NCBI RefSeq assembly: GCF_009914755.1
Contig: NC_060931.1
DNA: 64,000 bases
Strand: one strand, 5' to 3'
Origin: the human T2T-CHM13v2.0 reference genome, Homo sapiens
Positions 1 through 20,607 of the stretch are shown one piece after another. Both the position numbers and the translations under genes were made by a program. Below the pieces are notes generated by a model, which was given only the letters and a program-made list of their open reading frames with translations, ran no database searches and was not told where the DNA came from. Each line of letters begins with the position of its first letter. Positions within the stretch are counted from its first letter, which is position 1.

Positions 1-416
1 CCAAGTGATAGCATTCATTCTTCCCACTGTGCACCATGGACAGTTTAATTTGTATAGTGGTGAGAATGAAATGTATGAAACAAATGGTAAATCTAGTAGA
101 TACCTGATAGGCCTTCAACAACTATGCCTCATTTCCATCCCAAAGTTTTGTACCCTGAAATCATAACTATGGCCCACAGCAGGAAAAGGTCAGACTACAA
201 AAACAGACTTGAGCACTGTTAGGCTCACAGCTCTAAAATTCAACTAAACACTGATGATATGACTCAGCGACAGCTGCTGGAATGTTCAGATTCTTAAGTC
301 ACAACATTCTTATAGACAGTATAGTCTTGGAAGGAGGTCTCTGTCAAAGTCACACGGGTACCTTAAGTATCAATGACATTAAGCCAACAATGATTTTCGT
401 GACCGAGGCAAACTAA

Positions 417-728
<312 letters not shown>

Positions 729-1489
729 TAATATTCTTATGTGTTAACAACTTACTATGAGATCATTACCCTCCTAGCAGAACTGATGTTATTTTTAAAA
801 ACACTGGCAAAAGCACAAATTCTTCAGATCACTTTATTCTAATATAATATCTTTCCATTTTCCTGGGCTATTCCTTATATATTAATAGTATCAAATACAC
901 TTGAAGTTTTGTTACTTTGAATAATCATAATGTAACAAACATCAAACCAAATTTGAGACATTCAAATTTAAAATTTTAATAAAATCTGCACCAACATAGG
1001 CTCATCCATCACTAACTTCAATGACAATCTATTAAATATAACTCAGTAGATGTCATCTAAAAAGTACGCATCCTCAAATTCTTTCCCAGGAGGAGAACTC
1101 AATGCTAGACTGGCCTGCCCCATTAGAGATGTTAACATCACAGCTCAATGCCATGAAGAGCAGGACCAAAAAAACAAAAGCAAAACATAATTCTTAAATA
1201 TGGCAAGTGCTCAAGACACCATTTACCAAAAAAAGAAACGTTCCCTATTTCAACCAGTTTACTAGCTAGTAACAATGTAGCAGGCACTGTACTAGTCACT
1301 GAGCCGTACTCAGACTGAGGATAGGGGAGGCGGGTGGACATGGCCCAGGTCCTCAAAGTGTTCCTCAAAATGTTTACCTATTAGTTACAGGACTTCAGAT
1401 TGAGCTTTCCAGTTGTAGCATGGCTTACTTTACCTGGAAGGCAAGTTTAAGATCTGGGTAGGCATCAAGGAAGAATAAGCCACATGTGG

Positions 1490-1645
1490 CTGACCAGATC
1501 ACCTGGGAAACTCCGGAAACAGATTCCCAGGGGCCGTGCGCGATTCACTAAATGGGAATCTCCAGAGAAGGCTGGGCATCTGTGTTCTTAACACCCCTCG
1601 CTCACCCGCATGGTTCTGGCGGTCAACCAGCTTAGAACTCACTGA
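1490..1645. mobile_element. MER5A-like hAT-Charlie DNA transposon fossil
   Basis: atcacctggg...cagattcccagg...aatctcc...gggcatctgtgttcttaaca...agaactcactg resembles the recalled MER5A consensus. Confidence 0.55.
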
Positions 1646-1768
1646 CCTCAACTACGCCACATGAAGTCACCTTTAGCATTTTTATATAATGCAAGCTTCC
1701 TCACTGTCACATTATACCACAACCTTCTTCCACCCACCACATTTAGCACGATATATCTATAATACTGA

Positions 1769-2219
<451 letters not shown>

Positions 2220-2237
2220 TAAGAAGTAGTGAAAAAA

Positions 2238-2520
2238 GGCCAGGCACAGTGGCTCACACCTGTAATCCTAGCACTTTGGGAGTCTGAGGTGTTGGATCAC
2301 CTGAGCTCAGGAGATCAAGACCACCCTGGGCAACATGGTAAAACCCCATCTCTATACTAAAATACAAAAAATTAGCTGGGCATGGTGGCACGTGCCTGCA
2401 GTCCCAGCTACTCAGGAGGCTGAGGCACAAGAATCGCGTGAGCCCTGGCGCCACTGCACTCCAACCTGGGCAACAGAGTGAGACTTTATCTCAAAAATAA
2501 ATAAATAAATAAATAAACAA
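2238..2520 (+). mobile_element. Alu SINE with ~30-bp internal deletion in the right arm
   Basis: ggccaggcacagtggctcac start, (AAAT)n tail, TSD agaagtagt(g/a)aaaaa at 2222 and 2523. The ggaggttgcagtgagccgagat segment is missing. Confidence 0.93.
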
Positions 2521-2800
2521 ACAGAAGTAGTAAAAAAAAAAAAAATCTAGGCTCAATCCAGGAAAGTAAAAAACTTAAGCTAAAAAGGGAAAGATTCCTT
2601 AGGAACAGATGATGGGAGAAAAAAAAAATCTCAAACCAAAATAAAATGAAACACTAGAAGAATCCTTATTGAAGCCAGAATTAAGCCAAGGAGATCTACT
2701 ATTATTATTCTGATTTTACACTGTTTAGGAAGAATTAGATATTACAAATCAAAAAGAACAGAGTAAAGGAAAAGGATTTTGGGAAGAAGGAGGAGATTAA

Positions 2801-3101
<301 letters not shown>

Positions 3102-3950
3102 AAATTTCATTCTTTATAGATGATAACTGTATACCTTGAATAACTAAGGAAATTAAGTGAAAAACTAAAGCAATAAGGGAATTCAAAAAGATGACCAGTT
3201 ACTAAATGAATAGACAGAAATCAACAACTACCCTGTCTAACAATAAGAACATATAATGGATGAAAACATCCCACTCAGAATGGCAACAGCAATAGAATGT
3301 TACCCTTAAGAATACACTACATAACTACATGAATAAGCTATTACTCCTACCCTTAAAAATAATATTGCTCTTTAAATAAACTCTCTATGTACAAGCAGAC
3401 AAATAGAGACATGCCTTAATCTTACACAGGAAGAGTCCATTTTGTTTTTTTTTGTTTTTTGTTTTTTGTTTTCTGGTCAATTGGTTCAGGATGAGGAAGA
3501 GTCAATATTTTTAAAAGAAATATTGAATATCACTAAATCTACCTACAAATTTAATGCAAAGCCATTCAAAACTGGTGCCAATACTGAAGGTGGTGGTAAA
3601 TTATACACAGGTGATAGTAAAGGGTTAAAGAGCCATTATAAAGTGTCACATTAGCTATCAAAAATTTTAATGCACATACCCTATTAGCCAAATAGTGCCT
3701 TTCTAGGAACCTACCCCACATAAGTATTTGTACATGTATGCAAAGATATACACACACAAAAATGTTCGGTGAAGCACTATAATAACAAAACCACCACCAG
3801 AACCTGGAAACACTCAAAATAGAGGATATATTAAATAAATTATATTACATCCATTCAATAAAATTCTATACAACCATCAAAAATGAAGATGTATACTTAC
3901 TGCCATAAACGGATATATAATATAGCTTGAAAGTGCTTGAAAACAGTATA
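3102..3950 (+). mobile_element. Old L1 (L1M) ORF2/3' remnant
   Basis: A-rich L1-like text (agatgataactgtatacc; acctacaaatttaatgcaa; ggatatattaaataaattatattacatccat). Probably continues 5' to ~2530. Confidence 0.65.
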
Positions 3951-3959
3951 TATTTATAA

Positions 3960-4100
3960 TGTGAGGCCAGCTTAATAGGGACACAATGCTAGGTTCAAAT
4001 CCCAGCACCAGCTATGTGATTTCAGGCAAGTAAATTAATCCCTTCATTCCTTGGTTTCTTCATCTCTAAAACCTGGGTAATAATCCCTACCTCAGTGTTA
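3960..4100 (+). mobile_element. MIR SINE
   Basis: MIR core: ggttcaaatcccagcaccagctatgtgatttcaggcaagt...tttcttcatctctaaaa. Confidence 0.75.
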
Positions 4101-4832
4101 AATGTTGCCATTTTTGGATAATATTTCCTAATTCAAAAGAAGTAGGATTTCATGGTGCAGTGATTTATTTACTTATTACTGAATATTATTTTTTGTATAC
4201 TAGTGATCTCTATTTCTCTCATGAATTGTCCTTGGATAACTTTTCTACTGGAGTTTTAGTGCTTCTTATCAATTTGTGTGAATGCTTATACACTGAGGAT
4301 ATTTGTGCTTGCTCATTACATTGCTAATTTTTCCCAGCTTGTTGTTTACCTTGTTATACATTTTCTGCAATATAAGTATTTAAACAGTCTAGGTGATCAA
4401 ATCTACCAATTATTTTCCTGAATAATTTCCTTTATTATGTTTCTACTTTGAAAGTCCCTCTATATGCTAAAATGTCATATCATTTCTCTTCCACTTTTAT
4501 ATATATATATTTTATCCCAAATGGGAAGAACTACACTAATCCAATTTTCCCAAACATATGTATATAAGCATTCAAGACCATCAACTTTGCATTAAAAGCC
4601 CTTGGTTTTTTTTAACACTACCTTCCCAAAGCTAGCATGATGGAGGTAGGCACTACTCTCAAAAATACATAAACTATACTTACAGATTGCCAGCCATGTT
4701 CTCAAACTCACACCACCTTCCATGAGTCCCTTAACTTGTCTGAGACCTTTTCTCATACAGAAATCAGGAAAGACAGAAGAGGAAGCTATGGAAGCAGACC
4801 CAATCAATAGCTGCATAAAGCACTACCAATAG

Positions 4833-5308
<476 letters not shown>

Positions 5309-5568
5309 GCCCCAAACATTTTAAACAGTTCTTGCATGAAGGCTCTTTCACTTTACTTGTTAAATGCTCCTATCTTTTGACAGCAGTAATATGTAGACTT
5401 TTCAGTTCTGCAAAGTCAGGAAAATTAACCTATTGTTGACTCAACATATTTATATATAGTTGAAACTCCTCTTCCAACCATGTGTCTTAAGCAGAAGGTA
5501 ATGACCCTAAGGTCAATTAATTTATGTTTGAAAGTAGAAATATTACATCTTAAAACAGTGTTTTACAT

Positions 5569-5736
5569 CTTTTTTTTTTTTTTTTTTTTTTGAGACAGGG
5601 TCTCACTGTCACCCAGGCTGGAGTGCAGTGGTGCAATCATAGCTCATTGCAGCATTGACCTCCTGGCCTCAAGCAATCATCTGCCTCAACTTCCTGAGTG
5701 GCCGAGACTATAGGTGCACGACACCATGCCTGGCTA
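5569..5736 (-). mobile_element. Alu right-arm fragment (AluJ/FRAM-like)
   Basis: Poly-T then one Alu monomer, ending at cctggcta. Confidence 0.85.
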
Positions 5737-6189
5737 GTGTTCTCAAACTGTGTCCTGTGAGAAGTTCTTTTGATTGAGACCCCTGGTGAGGTCCAGTCTC
5801 AAACCCCAAACTTCAATCAGAATAGCTCTACTCTCTCCTAAGATTTTTCACAGTTTAAATATGGTTTTGATAAAAGTAAAATTGTTCCCAGACGCTAACA
5901 ATAGTTTTAAAGCAACGCACAATCTCCATATTGTGCAATGTAAATTACATGACCAATTTTTTTAATGTTCCTTGGCTTGTTGCATAGAAAAGCATAGTCT
6001 CTATAGAACGAAGAATTCAATATATAAAGTTCAAACTTAAATATTTTATCCAGATCCAGTATCTTTGCCTGTCCTTAAATTTTCTATTTCTCCTTCTGAG
6101 TACTTTTTTTTTCTCTATGTTACTTCGTATATATAAGATCATAAAGCACACTGCCCTTTTGTGAATTCTGAACATTGTTGTAAGGTAAA

Positions 6190-7526
<1,337 letters not shown>

Positions 7527-8256
7527 TGACTTATATGTAACTACCATAGTTTTTGTTTAGTACAGAAAGTGAATTTAGTTGAGTCCATGCCAGGTGAGGT
7601 CATCTCAGGTGCAACAGTCTTACTCGTTTTAACTTTTGTACTATTCCTTGTTGTTGCCTGTTTCCTTTTACTCTGTAATCTATTTTATTTGGTTGCTTTT
7701 CTTCCTCTCAATTTTACTTTTACTTTTACATTTCAAAGGTATACAAAGTCTGTTTTTAGCATAATAGCCTTCTCAATTTATCAATTTCAAAAAAATGAAA
7801 CAGTATTCCTTAACCACATATTCTGAAAGATACGACAATTAGCACAGTGGTATCTCCCACTCCCCAGCCCAAACCTAACCTAATCCCCCATGATATTGTT
7901 GACTTCCAGGAAATTTTGCTATGGCATGTTATCATTGTGTTGACATTTTTAAGGTTGAGTCGGTATTTATTCAATTGTTTTTGCCTTCTGGCTTATTTCT
8001 CCAAGAAAGATTATTCAATTATTGAAGCTGGTATCTTTATACTTCAACCTCTCTATTTCTGGAGCCCTCACTGATTCATCTTTCAGTTGGCTGGGTTATA
8101 TCTGCAAGTAGATTTTTCAGTGAGGTTTATGAATGCCATTAATTCCTGAGCTTTTGCCCATTTGCAAATGTCTTATTATGCTGCATTTTAATGACATTTC
8201 AATCCAATCACATTGTCTTCCTTCTTGCCCTAACTCCCCTACTCTTGTTTTTTCCT

Positions 8257-8546
8257 TTTGAGCCAGAGTCTCGCTTTGTCACCCAGGCTGGAGTGCAGTG
8301 GCGCAGTCACAACTCACTGTAACCTCGAACTCTTAGATTCACACCATCCTCCCACCTCTGCCTCCCAGGTTACTGACACCACAGGCACGCATCACCACAC
8401 CTGGCTTTTTCTTTTAGGGGGCAGGGGGACAGAGACAGGGTCTTGCTATGTTCCCCAGGCTGGTCTCCAACTCCTGGGCTCAAGCAATCCTCCTGCCTTG
8501 GCCTCCCAAAGTGCTGGGATTACAGGCATTAGCCACTGTGCCCAGT
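8257..8546 (-). mobile_element. Alu SINE (AluJ-type)
   Basis: Diverged reverse-complement Alu with ctcctgggctcaagcaatcctcc. Confidence 0.9.
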
Positions 8547-8700
8547 CCCCCTACATTCTTAAGCATTGCTTCATCATCTTTTGGCACATTACACTGTTGA
8601 AAACCCCAAGACTAAGGTGATTTTATTTTTTCCATTATAGGTGGCCTGTTGGCTTTTTTCCTGCTTAAATATGTGTAGTATTCTTTTATCTTTCAGGGGT

Positions 8701-8990
<290 letters not shown>

Positions 8991-9513
8991 TATCTTTCAG
9001 GTTTTATAAATTAACCAGGATACGCTTCCATTTTAATGACTCTGAATTTTTTCCAGTTCACAGTGAGTCCTTATATTAATATTATATGATCTTTCATTAT
9101 ATTCCAGGAAAACTTTGTCTTTTATTTATTAATGTTACATCTGTTCCACACACTCTGTTCTCTTCAGCAGGAACACCAGCTCTGACTACAGTAGATGCCT
9201 TCTGGACTCTTCTCCCACAGCTTCCATCTTCTCTCTAATCACCATGACCTCTTTGTTCTTTCCTACCGTGGTCTACGTAATTTCAGGAAGTTGATCCTCA
9301 CATCAGTGATTTCAGAACCACTGGTACTACCTCATGTAACCTCCAACATGCTTTTAATTCCTGAAATGATTTTAGTTTTCTATTTCTTTCCTTATGGATG
9401 TCAGCTGACCTCCATCTCCTCCTTTTAGCTTTCTTTAATCTTTTAAAATTACTTCTTTGTTCTTTTGTTTTATTGAGCTCGTGTTGTCTAAATTTAAGAG
9501 CAAAGTGGCTTTA

Positions 9514-9894
<381 letters not shown>

Positions 9895-10904
9895 TTATGT
9901 TTCCTTCCTTATTTTCTGTGCGTAGTCCCATGATGGGTCCTTTCTGCTTCACACTCAGCTTTGAATGGGTGCAGGTCTCCCTGGACCTGCTTGCTCAACA
10001 AAAACTCGTCGCCATGCTTACAATGACACTGAATACAATGTCTTGAAATCTCTGTGTAGTCCTCTGGTTGTTTAGAAGAATTGGCTGAACAGTGAGCAAT
10101 CAGAGCCTGAACTTGGGTATACTTTCCCACTAATTCTACTAAATCCTTTGTTCTGGGCGTATATCTAATTCCAAAGTTCATTGTGGAGGACAGGCGGGTT
10201 TAAGGGGAAATGCCTTATCTTAGATATTAGCAATTCCTGATCAGATATAAGCTGGTCATCCTCACAGATTTTCTCCTTTAGTCAAACAAAGTCAAAGAAC
10301 ATAATGACACCATTACTACATGATCCCTCTTTCAGCCCAGCATGCCCTGCTATATTTTAGGATGGAAAGGAGCTGCTGCCAGAATATGCTTCTTTGGCAA
10401 TGGTCTATTCATCCATCAGCTCCTAGCTCTGCTGTAACGACTGTGAGTAGTACCTTCAGAAACGTATGCTTAGACACCTGCAACCAGCCAGAGATGGGCG
10501 GGGATGCCACATCTCAGTATCCTCCTGCAAATGGATCCACACTTCACTGGAAATTTCATAAAATGTGATATGAATTTTAGCTGTTTTCTTCTCTATTTTT
10601 GGTTAGTTTTGTTCATTTTTAGGAGGTTCCAGGAAGTAGTGTTACATGAATGTATATTTATAGCACCATATGCCCAATAAACTATTAAAGAATCTTTTAG
10701 TATGAAAAGGATATAAGACATATGGTAAAATCAATGCTACAGAGAACTTTTCCTAAATGAAGCTTTTATGGCAGTTGTAAGGGGAAGAGTATAGTAATTT
10801 ATGGCTCTGTCCTCTGTCAATACAGGTCCAATGCAACATGAAAAGAATGCACATAAAATAAATTTGTTGACTACTAATAATTTTTATTAATTAGAAATAA
10901 AAGG

Positions 10905-10940
<36 letters not shown>

Positions 10941-11653
10941 CAGATGCTGAAAGGGAGAAAGGGGGAGGGGAAGAAGAGATGCAAGCTAATTTCATAATTA
11001 CTCATAGTTGGGAGCCAACAGAAAACAGCCACAAATAAAAGGACTATATATAATGATAACAATTAGACAAAAATACAGTCTGCCCTAAAGTGCACCAAAA
11101 AAGATATTAATAAAATAAAATGGACTACATGGCAAAAGATTATGTTTAAATACATATATATGTAAATATTGCAAAACTGAGGCCAAATATATCAATCATA
11201 TCAATACATATAAATATGCTTAAATCACCTATCTATGAGTATAAATGAGCTTAAGTCATCCAATAAAAGGCAACATTTTCATATTGACTAAAAAGCAAAA
11301 CAATATTTTGGGTACAGACAATTCAGAAAGAATAATAAAAGGATGGACAAATATATATATATCTATATCAGATAAACACAAGGAGAAGCAAGCAGGGATC
11401 ACACATCTTGATATCTGACAAAGTAGAACTCGGCTGAGAAAACAATTAGAAGGCTACTTGATATGCTAAATCAACAACTCTAGTGAAGAGACAAGTTATT
11501 TCTATCTAGATAACCAATATGGCAGCAACAACTTTCATAAAGCAGAACCCACAGAAAATGCAAGGAGACCTTAATAGGTTACTAAAAATAGGAGGCCTTA
11601 GTATGCCATTCTCAGTCCATGACAGACTAGGTACACACACACACACAAATGTG

Positions 11654-11950
11654 AGCCCAGGCATGGTGGCTCACCCCTGTAATCCCAGCACTTTAGGAGG
11701 CAGGGGCGGGTGGATCACCTGAGGTCACGAGTTCGAGACCAGCCTAGCCAACATGGAGAAACCCCGTCTCTACTAAAAACACAAAAATTAGCCAGGCATG
11801 GTGGTGGGTGCCTATAATCCCAGCTCCTCGGGAGGCTGAGGCAAAGAACTGCCTGAACCCAGGAGGTGGAGGTTGCAGTGAGTCGACATCACGCCACTGC
11901 ACTCCAGCCTGTACGACAGAGGGAGACTCAGTCTCAATTAAAAAAAAAAA
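11654..11950 (+). mobile_element. Alu SINE (AluS-type)
   Basis: Full Alu with poly-A tail. Confidence 0.94.
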
Positions 11951-11989
11951 ATTGGAAGCCCTAAATAACATAATTAATAAGGTAGTTCA

Positions 11990-12349
<360 letters not shown>

Positions 12350-12520
12350 TTAGACCACAATAAGTGAAAACAAACAAACAAACAAACACCAGAACTATCC
12401 CACTAAAAATCAGGAATAAAATAATAATGCCCACTAACTCCACTCTGATTTAAATTAACATTGCTTTGGAGGTAATGGCCTCTGCACTGTGTCAATAAAA
12501 AAGCGGTTAAGAGTCCCTAA

Positions 12521-12870
<350 letters not shown>

Positions 12871-13696
12871 TGACAAGTTTTTATATCTGAAAATCCCTAG
12901 GGATCAAGGGAAAAATTTATACAAATAATGTGAGCATTCTGTAAAGCAGCACGTTATAAAATGAGTAACCACCATGAAAAACCACCATGTAATCTAGGAA
13001 TGAAAAAACTAACAATCTTCATATATTCAAGAAAAACAAGATAAAATCGAAGAGAAGGCACCATTTATGATAGCAAAAAAAAATCAAATACATAAAGTTA
13101 ACAAGAAATCTACCTGCAGAAACACCACAATATTCCTAAAAGACACAAAATAGACTTGAACTAATGGAGAGATAAACCATGTTCTTTGATGGGAAGACTC
13201 AGTATTATAAAGATGATGATGTTCATTAAATTAATTTTTAAGTTTAATAAAATCCCAATAAAAATGCCATCAGGCTTTCTCTCCCGGAACTAGAGAAACT
13301 GATTACAAAGATCACTTGGAGGAACAACAATCGAAAACACATGGGAAAGCCCTAGAAAGGAATTAGATGGGCAGGGGAAGCCGGCACCATTAGAAATGAA
13401 ATCATTCTAAAGAGCCTAATTAAAACTGTGTGGTGCTGCTATTATGAACAGACCAATAGACTAACACAACACAATACAAAATCCAGAAAGAAACACAATT
13501 GCATAGACAAATGCAGCATATGATAAAGGCAGCATCTCCAGTCATTGGGTTTTTTCCATAAATTATGTTGAGATAAACAGGACAGCCATAGCCACACACA
13601 CACAAAAGTGGATCCCACTGGGTCCATTCTTCATACCTTATCTCAGGATAAATTCCAAATGAATTAGAGATTTAAATGAAAAAAATGAAACCATTA

Positions 13697-14081
<385 letters not shown>

Positions 14082-14210
14082 CTAGAAACAATAAAGAAAA
14101 GATGAATAAATCCGATTGCCTAAAGAAAACAAACTTTGCATGGTAAAAGACAAATGATAAATAGGGGAAATATATTTGCAACGTATATCATTAAGGGTTA
14201 ATATTCCCTA

Positions 14211-14720
14211 TGTGCAGAAGAAAGTTAATGGGCCTGAGACTGCTGTCTCTTAGAAAGTCCTGCTTGGAGGAATGGCCTTTAATTGGTATCTAGGATCTTG
14301 GAGTTCAGGTGTTCCCACCATTCCCTAAATGCTAAAAGTAGTTCACTGCTCCTAGAGTGGCAAACAACGTGGTTTATGCCAATGCCTTGCTTTCCTTCTG
14401 GGACTCTGGAATTCTGGCATGTGCTATGCACAGGGTGTCTGCATGACAAGTCCCCAGTGAAAACCTTGGGCCCTGAGTCTCTAAGGAGCTTCCCTGGTAC
14501 GGAGCATTGCACACATGTTGTCACAGCCTGATGCTGGAGGAATTAACTGCATCCTGCACGGCTGCACTGGGTGAGGACTCGGGAAGCTTGCCCCGGTTTC
14601 CTGTAGGCTCCACCCCACATCTTTTCCCTTGGCTGTTTTTGCTTTGTACATTTTCACCGTAGTCCTGATTCCTCCCAGCAAGTCACTGGAACTGGGAGTG
14701 GTCTGCGGAACCCCTGAACA
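14211..14720 (+). mobile_element. MER21-family solo LTR
   Basis: TG...CA ends. tgtgcagaagaaagttaa...gcctgagactgct...ttagaaag...gttcccaccattccc...gtctctaaggagcttccctggt matches the recalled MER21 consensus. It interrupts L1 text. Confidence 0.8.
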
Positions 14721-15004
14721 GACCTTAATACATGAAGAGCTTCTAAAAATGAAGAAGCAAAAGACCAAAACCCCAGAGAAAAGTTAGAGAAATGAAGAGA
14801 CCGAAAAAAATAAATGCGAAGATTATCATAATCATGAAAGTGGGTTGTTAAAATATGAAGTTCAGCCTTCTCTCGTGCTCACAATCTCACCCACTCTTGC
14901 CCTTCCTTCTTCCGCCATGGGATGACACAGCACGCAGGGCCTCATTAGATGCTGGCACCATGCTCTAAGACTCTGCAGCCTCCAGAACTATGAGCCAAAT
15001 AAAC

Positions 15005-15829
<825 letters not shown>

Positions 15830-16124
15830 ATTCTTTTCTTTATAAATTACCCGGTGTGTGGTATTCTGTTACAGCAACACAAAACAAAGACATTAAGATA
15901 TCATTTATTCTAGGTTGGTAATTTTACAAATTGGCAATAGGCTCTATTGGTGAGTCTGTAAGACAGAGGCATCCTCACACATTACTGGTGAGAATGCACA
16001 CTAATGAGTGTAATTTGACACTGCCTAGCAAAATTACATATGCATTTTCCCTTTGACCCAGAAATCCCATTTCTAAAAATCTAAGCCACAGATACTCAGG
16101 CAAAAAATACAAAAAGATATCCTT

Positions 16125-16457
16125 GCTTTCTTTTTTTCTTTTCTTTTTTTTTTTTTTGAGATGGAGTCTCACTCTGTTGCCAGGCTGGAGTGCAGTGGCG
16201 CGATCTCAGCTCACTGCAACCTCCGCCTCCTGGTTCAAGCGATCCTCCTGCCTCAGCCTCCTGAGTAGCTGGGACTACTAAAATTAGCCCGCCAGTGTGC
16301 CCGGCTAATTTTTTTGTATTTCTTTTTTTTTTTTTTTTTTTAGTAGAGACGGGGTTTCACTGTGTTAGCCAGGATGGTCTCGATCTCCTGACCTCATGAT
16401 CCACCTCCTCGGCCTCCCAAAGTGCTGGGATTACAGGTGTGAGCCACTGCGCCTGGC
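16125..16457 (-). mobile_element. Alu SINE (AluSc-like) with rearranged linker
   Basis: ctctgttgccaggc and gttagccaggatggtctcgatctcc; expanded mid T-tract; inverted insert at 16280-16289. Confidence 0.92.
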
Positions 16458-16499
16458 CAGAATGCTCAAAAAATGAAGACATGTCTAAAGAATATGGAA

Positions 16500-16818
<319 letters not shown>

Positions 16819-17060
16819 TCAGCCTGAATGAGCTTCACTTGGCAAAATCTGGGACAATTTAAGCAATAGATAATAACCCACTGACAACAATGAGGACGGC
16901 ATAATGGATTATCATTCTTTGAACAGAACGACAACTCCTACAGACAATAAACAAATGAGGCCTATGGATAAGTTCTCCCTTAAAATAAAATGTTAACTAA
17001 TAAATGGAGACAGAATAATAGAGTTCAAAAATCACCATTTTGCAACCATCACCATAATTA

Positions 17061-17391
<331 letters not shown>

Positions 17392-17438
17392 GAGTCACCA
17401 ATGGATACTTAAACTAATGGGTGAAAGTTGAAGAATAG

Positions 17439-17803
<365 letters not shown>

Positions 17804-18721
17804 TGAACAGTGAAGAAACCTCGTGGACATCACCCTCTCCAAATGATCCAAGTGAACTTCATCAAGAGTGAGGCGCGTCCCTATCTTAAGTCTTTCGATG
17901 GGATGCACTAAGAAGGATCAACAGGACTTCTGTGGTAGTCCTGACAAATATGCATATCCTGTATCTATCACAGAGAAACACTAGGTAACAACTGGCTGTC
18001 AAAAATGCCAACATCTTGAAAAACAAAAAAAGGTTAAGAAATTATTCCAGATTAAATTAGACTTAAAAGACATGACATCCACCAGATGCAATGTATGCCG
18101 CTGATGGGGAGGTCTTTCATGGGTGACATTCCATAAAAGACATGAATCCGTACTGTATGTAGGATACTACTGTATGTATGTTAAATTTTCTGATTTTGAT
18201 GATTGGAATGTGATTCTAGAAGGGAAAATGTGTCCTCAGAAAGTACGCATTCAAGTATTTTGATATAAAAGGATATGATCTCTGCAACTTACTCTCAAAC
18301 AGTGCAGGAAAGTAATAATAATATGTATGGACATACAGAGAGTGACAAAGCAAATGTTAACAGTTGGTAAAACTGGAAGAAGAGTATACAGTAGTTTTTT
18401 GTTCTCTTCCAGCTTTCAGTAGCAGTTCAGTAGCTTTCAGTAGCTGTTCTCTTCCAGCTTAACTTCTATTTGCCTACCCACCCTCTCCTCAATGCAGCAC
18501 ATACCACGCCTGGTCCCTCTGAGCCACCATATGGTTTCCATTTGTTAATCATCTGACAGGTCAGCAGCCTGAGACCAAGATAAAATGTGGCAACAGGGAA
18601 AGATGAATGGTCTGTTCGCTGGTGTTTTCTTGAAGATTGTTTTCATATTGTAGACAGTTGTGGGGGTGCATGGAAAGATTTCCCCCACCAAACTCAGCAC
18701 ATGAGCCCCACACATACTTAA

Positions 18722-19104
<383 letters not shown>

Positions 19105-19939
19105 ATATGAAAACTTTTCTAAACGTACATACTGTGCTCCCACACTGGGGTTTTGGCTTCTGTAGGTCAGGGAGGGTGCCCTGGGTCTGTACAATATTTT
19201 CAAAAGTTCTTCGGGGGAGGATTGTTTCTGTATTCCACGCCTCAGTTTACTAGCACTCCCTGCCAGGTGCCCGTCTTTGTCGGTTTCATCCTCCCCTCTT
19301 ATGATGCACAGTGCTCCCGCAATGCTCCCTTGCAACTCCTGAGCTCTTATCCACTCTCTCATCCTCTGAGAAGGATGGCTCACAGGTGAGATGCAGGGGT
19401 GGGCCCTCCAAGATGACCCTTCACAGCCCTCCCTCCCCAAGAATGTCACAGCTCCAGAAGCAGGTTTGCACCCACAGTGACACGCCATGGCTTTGCATTT
19501 CCCCCAGCACTAAGGAGCTGCTTCATGGAGCACCTCTGATTGACAAATCTAAAATAGAGAATGAAAGAAAGTGTCAACCTGGAGGAGTTTAATAACGCTG
19601 TAATTAAAAGAAGGAAGAAGGGGCCACATCCCCGTGAGGAAGCAGCTCCTTTAAACTATTGAAGAATATATTGTTCTGGGGGTGCCAAGAGCAGAAGAAA
19701 TTTTAATAACAAAAATAAATTGACAAAAAAAAAGGCAGGAGAGGTATTAGTTGGAACAAAACCAAGTATCTTAAAACTGCTCATTTTAAACTGAGTGTTT
19801 TATGGTAGGATAAGGAAGCTCCAATATTTTCAAACACAATTTATGTTTAGAAGTTTGAGTCTCCTCTTTCATTCTGAGGAATAAAATACCCAGTTTCCTT
19901 TAAAAGTACAAAATGGCTAATTAGAATGATTATAAATCT

Positions 19940-20445
19940 AACAGTTATATCCACATAAAAACTTGAGCATAACAGTTCATAGCAGCCTCATTCATACCAG
20001 CTGAATAGTGAAAACCAGCCAGGAAGTGTCCAGCAACTGATGGATGGATGAACAGTGTGACAGGTGCATACAGTGGAATATTATTGGCCATAAAAAGGAA
20101 TGGAGTTTAGATATATTCTATAACACGGATGAATCTTGAAAACAGTACCCTCCATGAAAGAAGCCATTCACAAAAGTCCAAATGACTCCATTTATATGAC
20201 ACGGCCAGAGTAGGCAAATCCACAGAGACAGAAAGCAGAGTAGAGGCTGCTGAAGGCTGGGGGAAGGATGAATGGGAAGTGACTGCTAATGGATACGGGA
20301 TTTCTATTTTGGATGATGAAAATATTCTAAAATTAGACTGGGGTGATGGTTCCACAATTCTCTGAAAATACTAAAAACCATCTAATCATACCCTTTAAAA
20401 GGGTAGATTTTATGGTATGTAAATTATACGTCAAGGAAGCAGTAA
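19940..20445 (+). mobile_element. L1MB-type 3' end
   Basis: ccacataaaaacttg..gtggaatattattggccataaaaaggaatg..ggcaaatccacagagacagaaagcaga..ttctaaaattagactggggtgatggtt. Confidence 0.85.
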
Positions 20446-20607
20446 AACAAACGTCATGGTCAAGATGAAGGACCACATCAAGTCAAACACAACGACAATG
20501 TTTTAAACAGGATGGTGGAGATAATCGCACAGTCATTTGCTGGCTCTTTTGGCACTGTTTGAAAAATCATGGAAATGAGACAGAATGTTCAATGTCTTAA
20601 TTCCTGG

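Noticed and set aside
1395-1409. 15-bp match ttcagattgagcttt shared with ~61386
   Set aside because: It is a single short AT-rich match 60 kb apart with no extended homology, compatible with chance.
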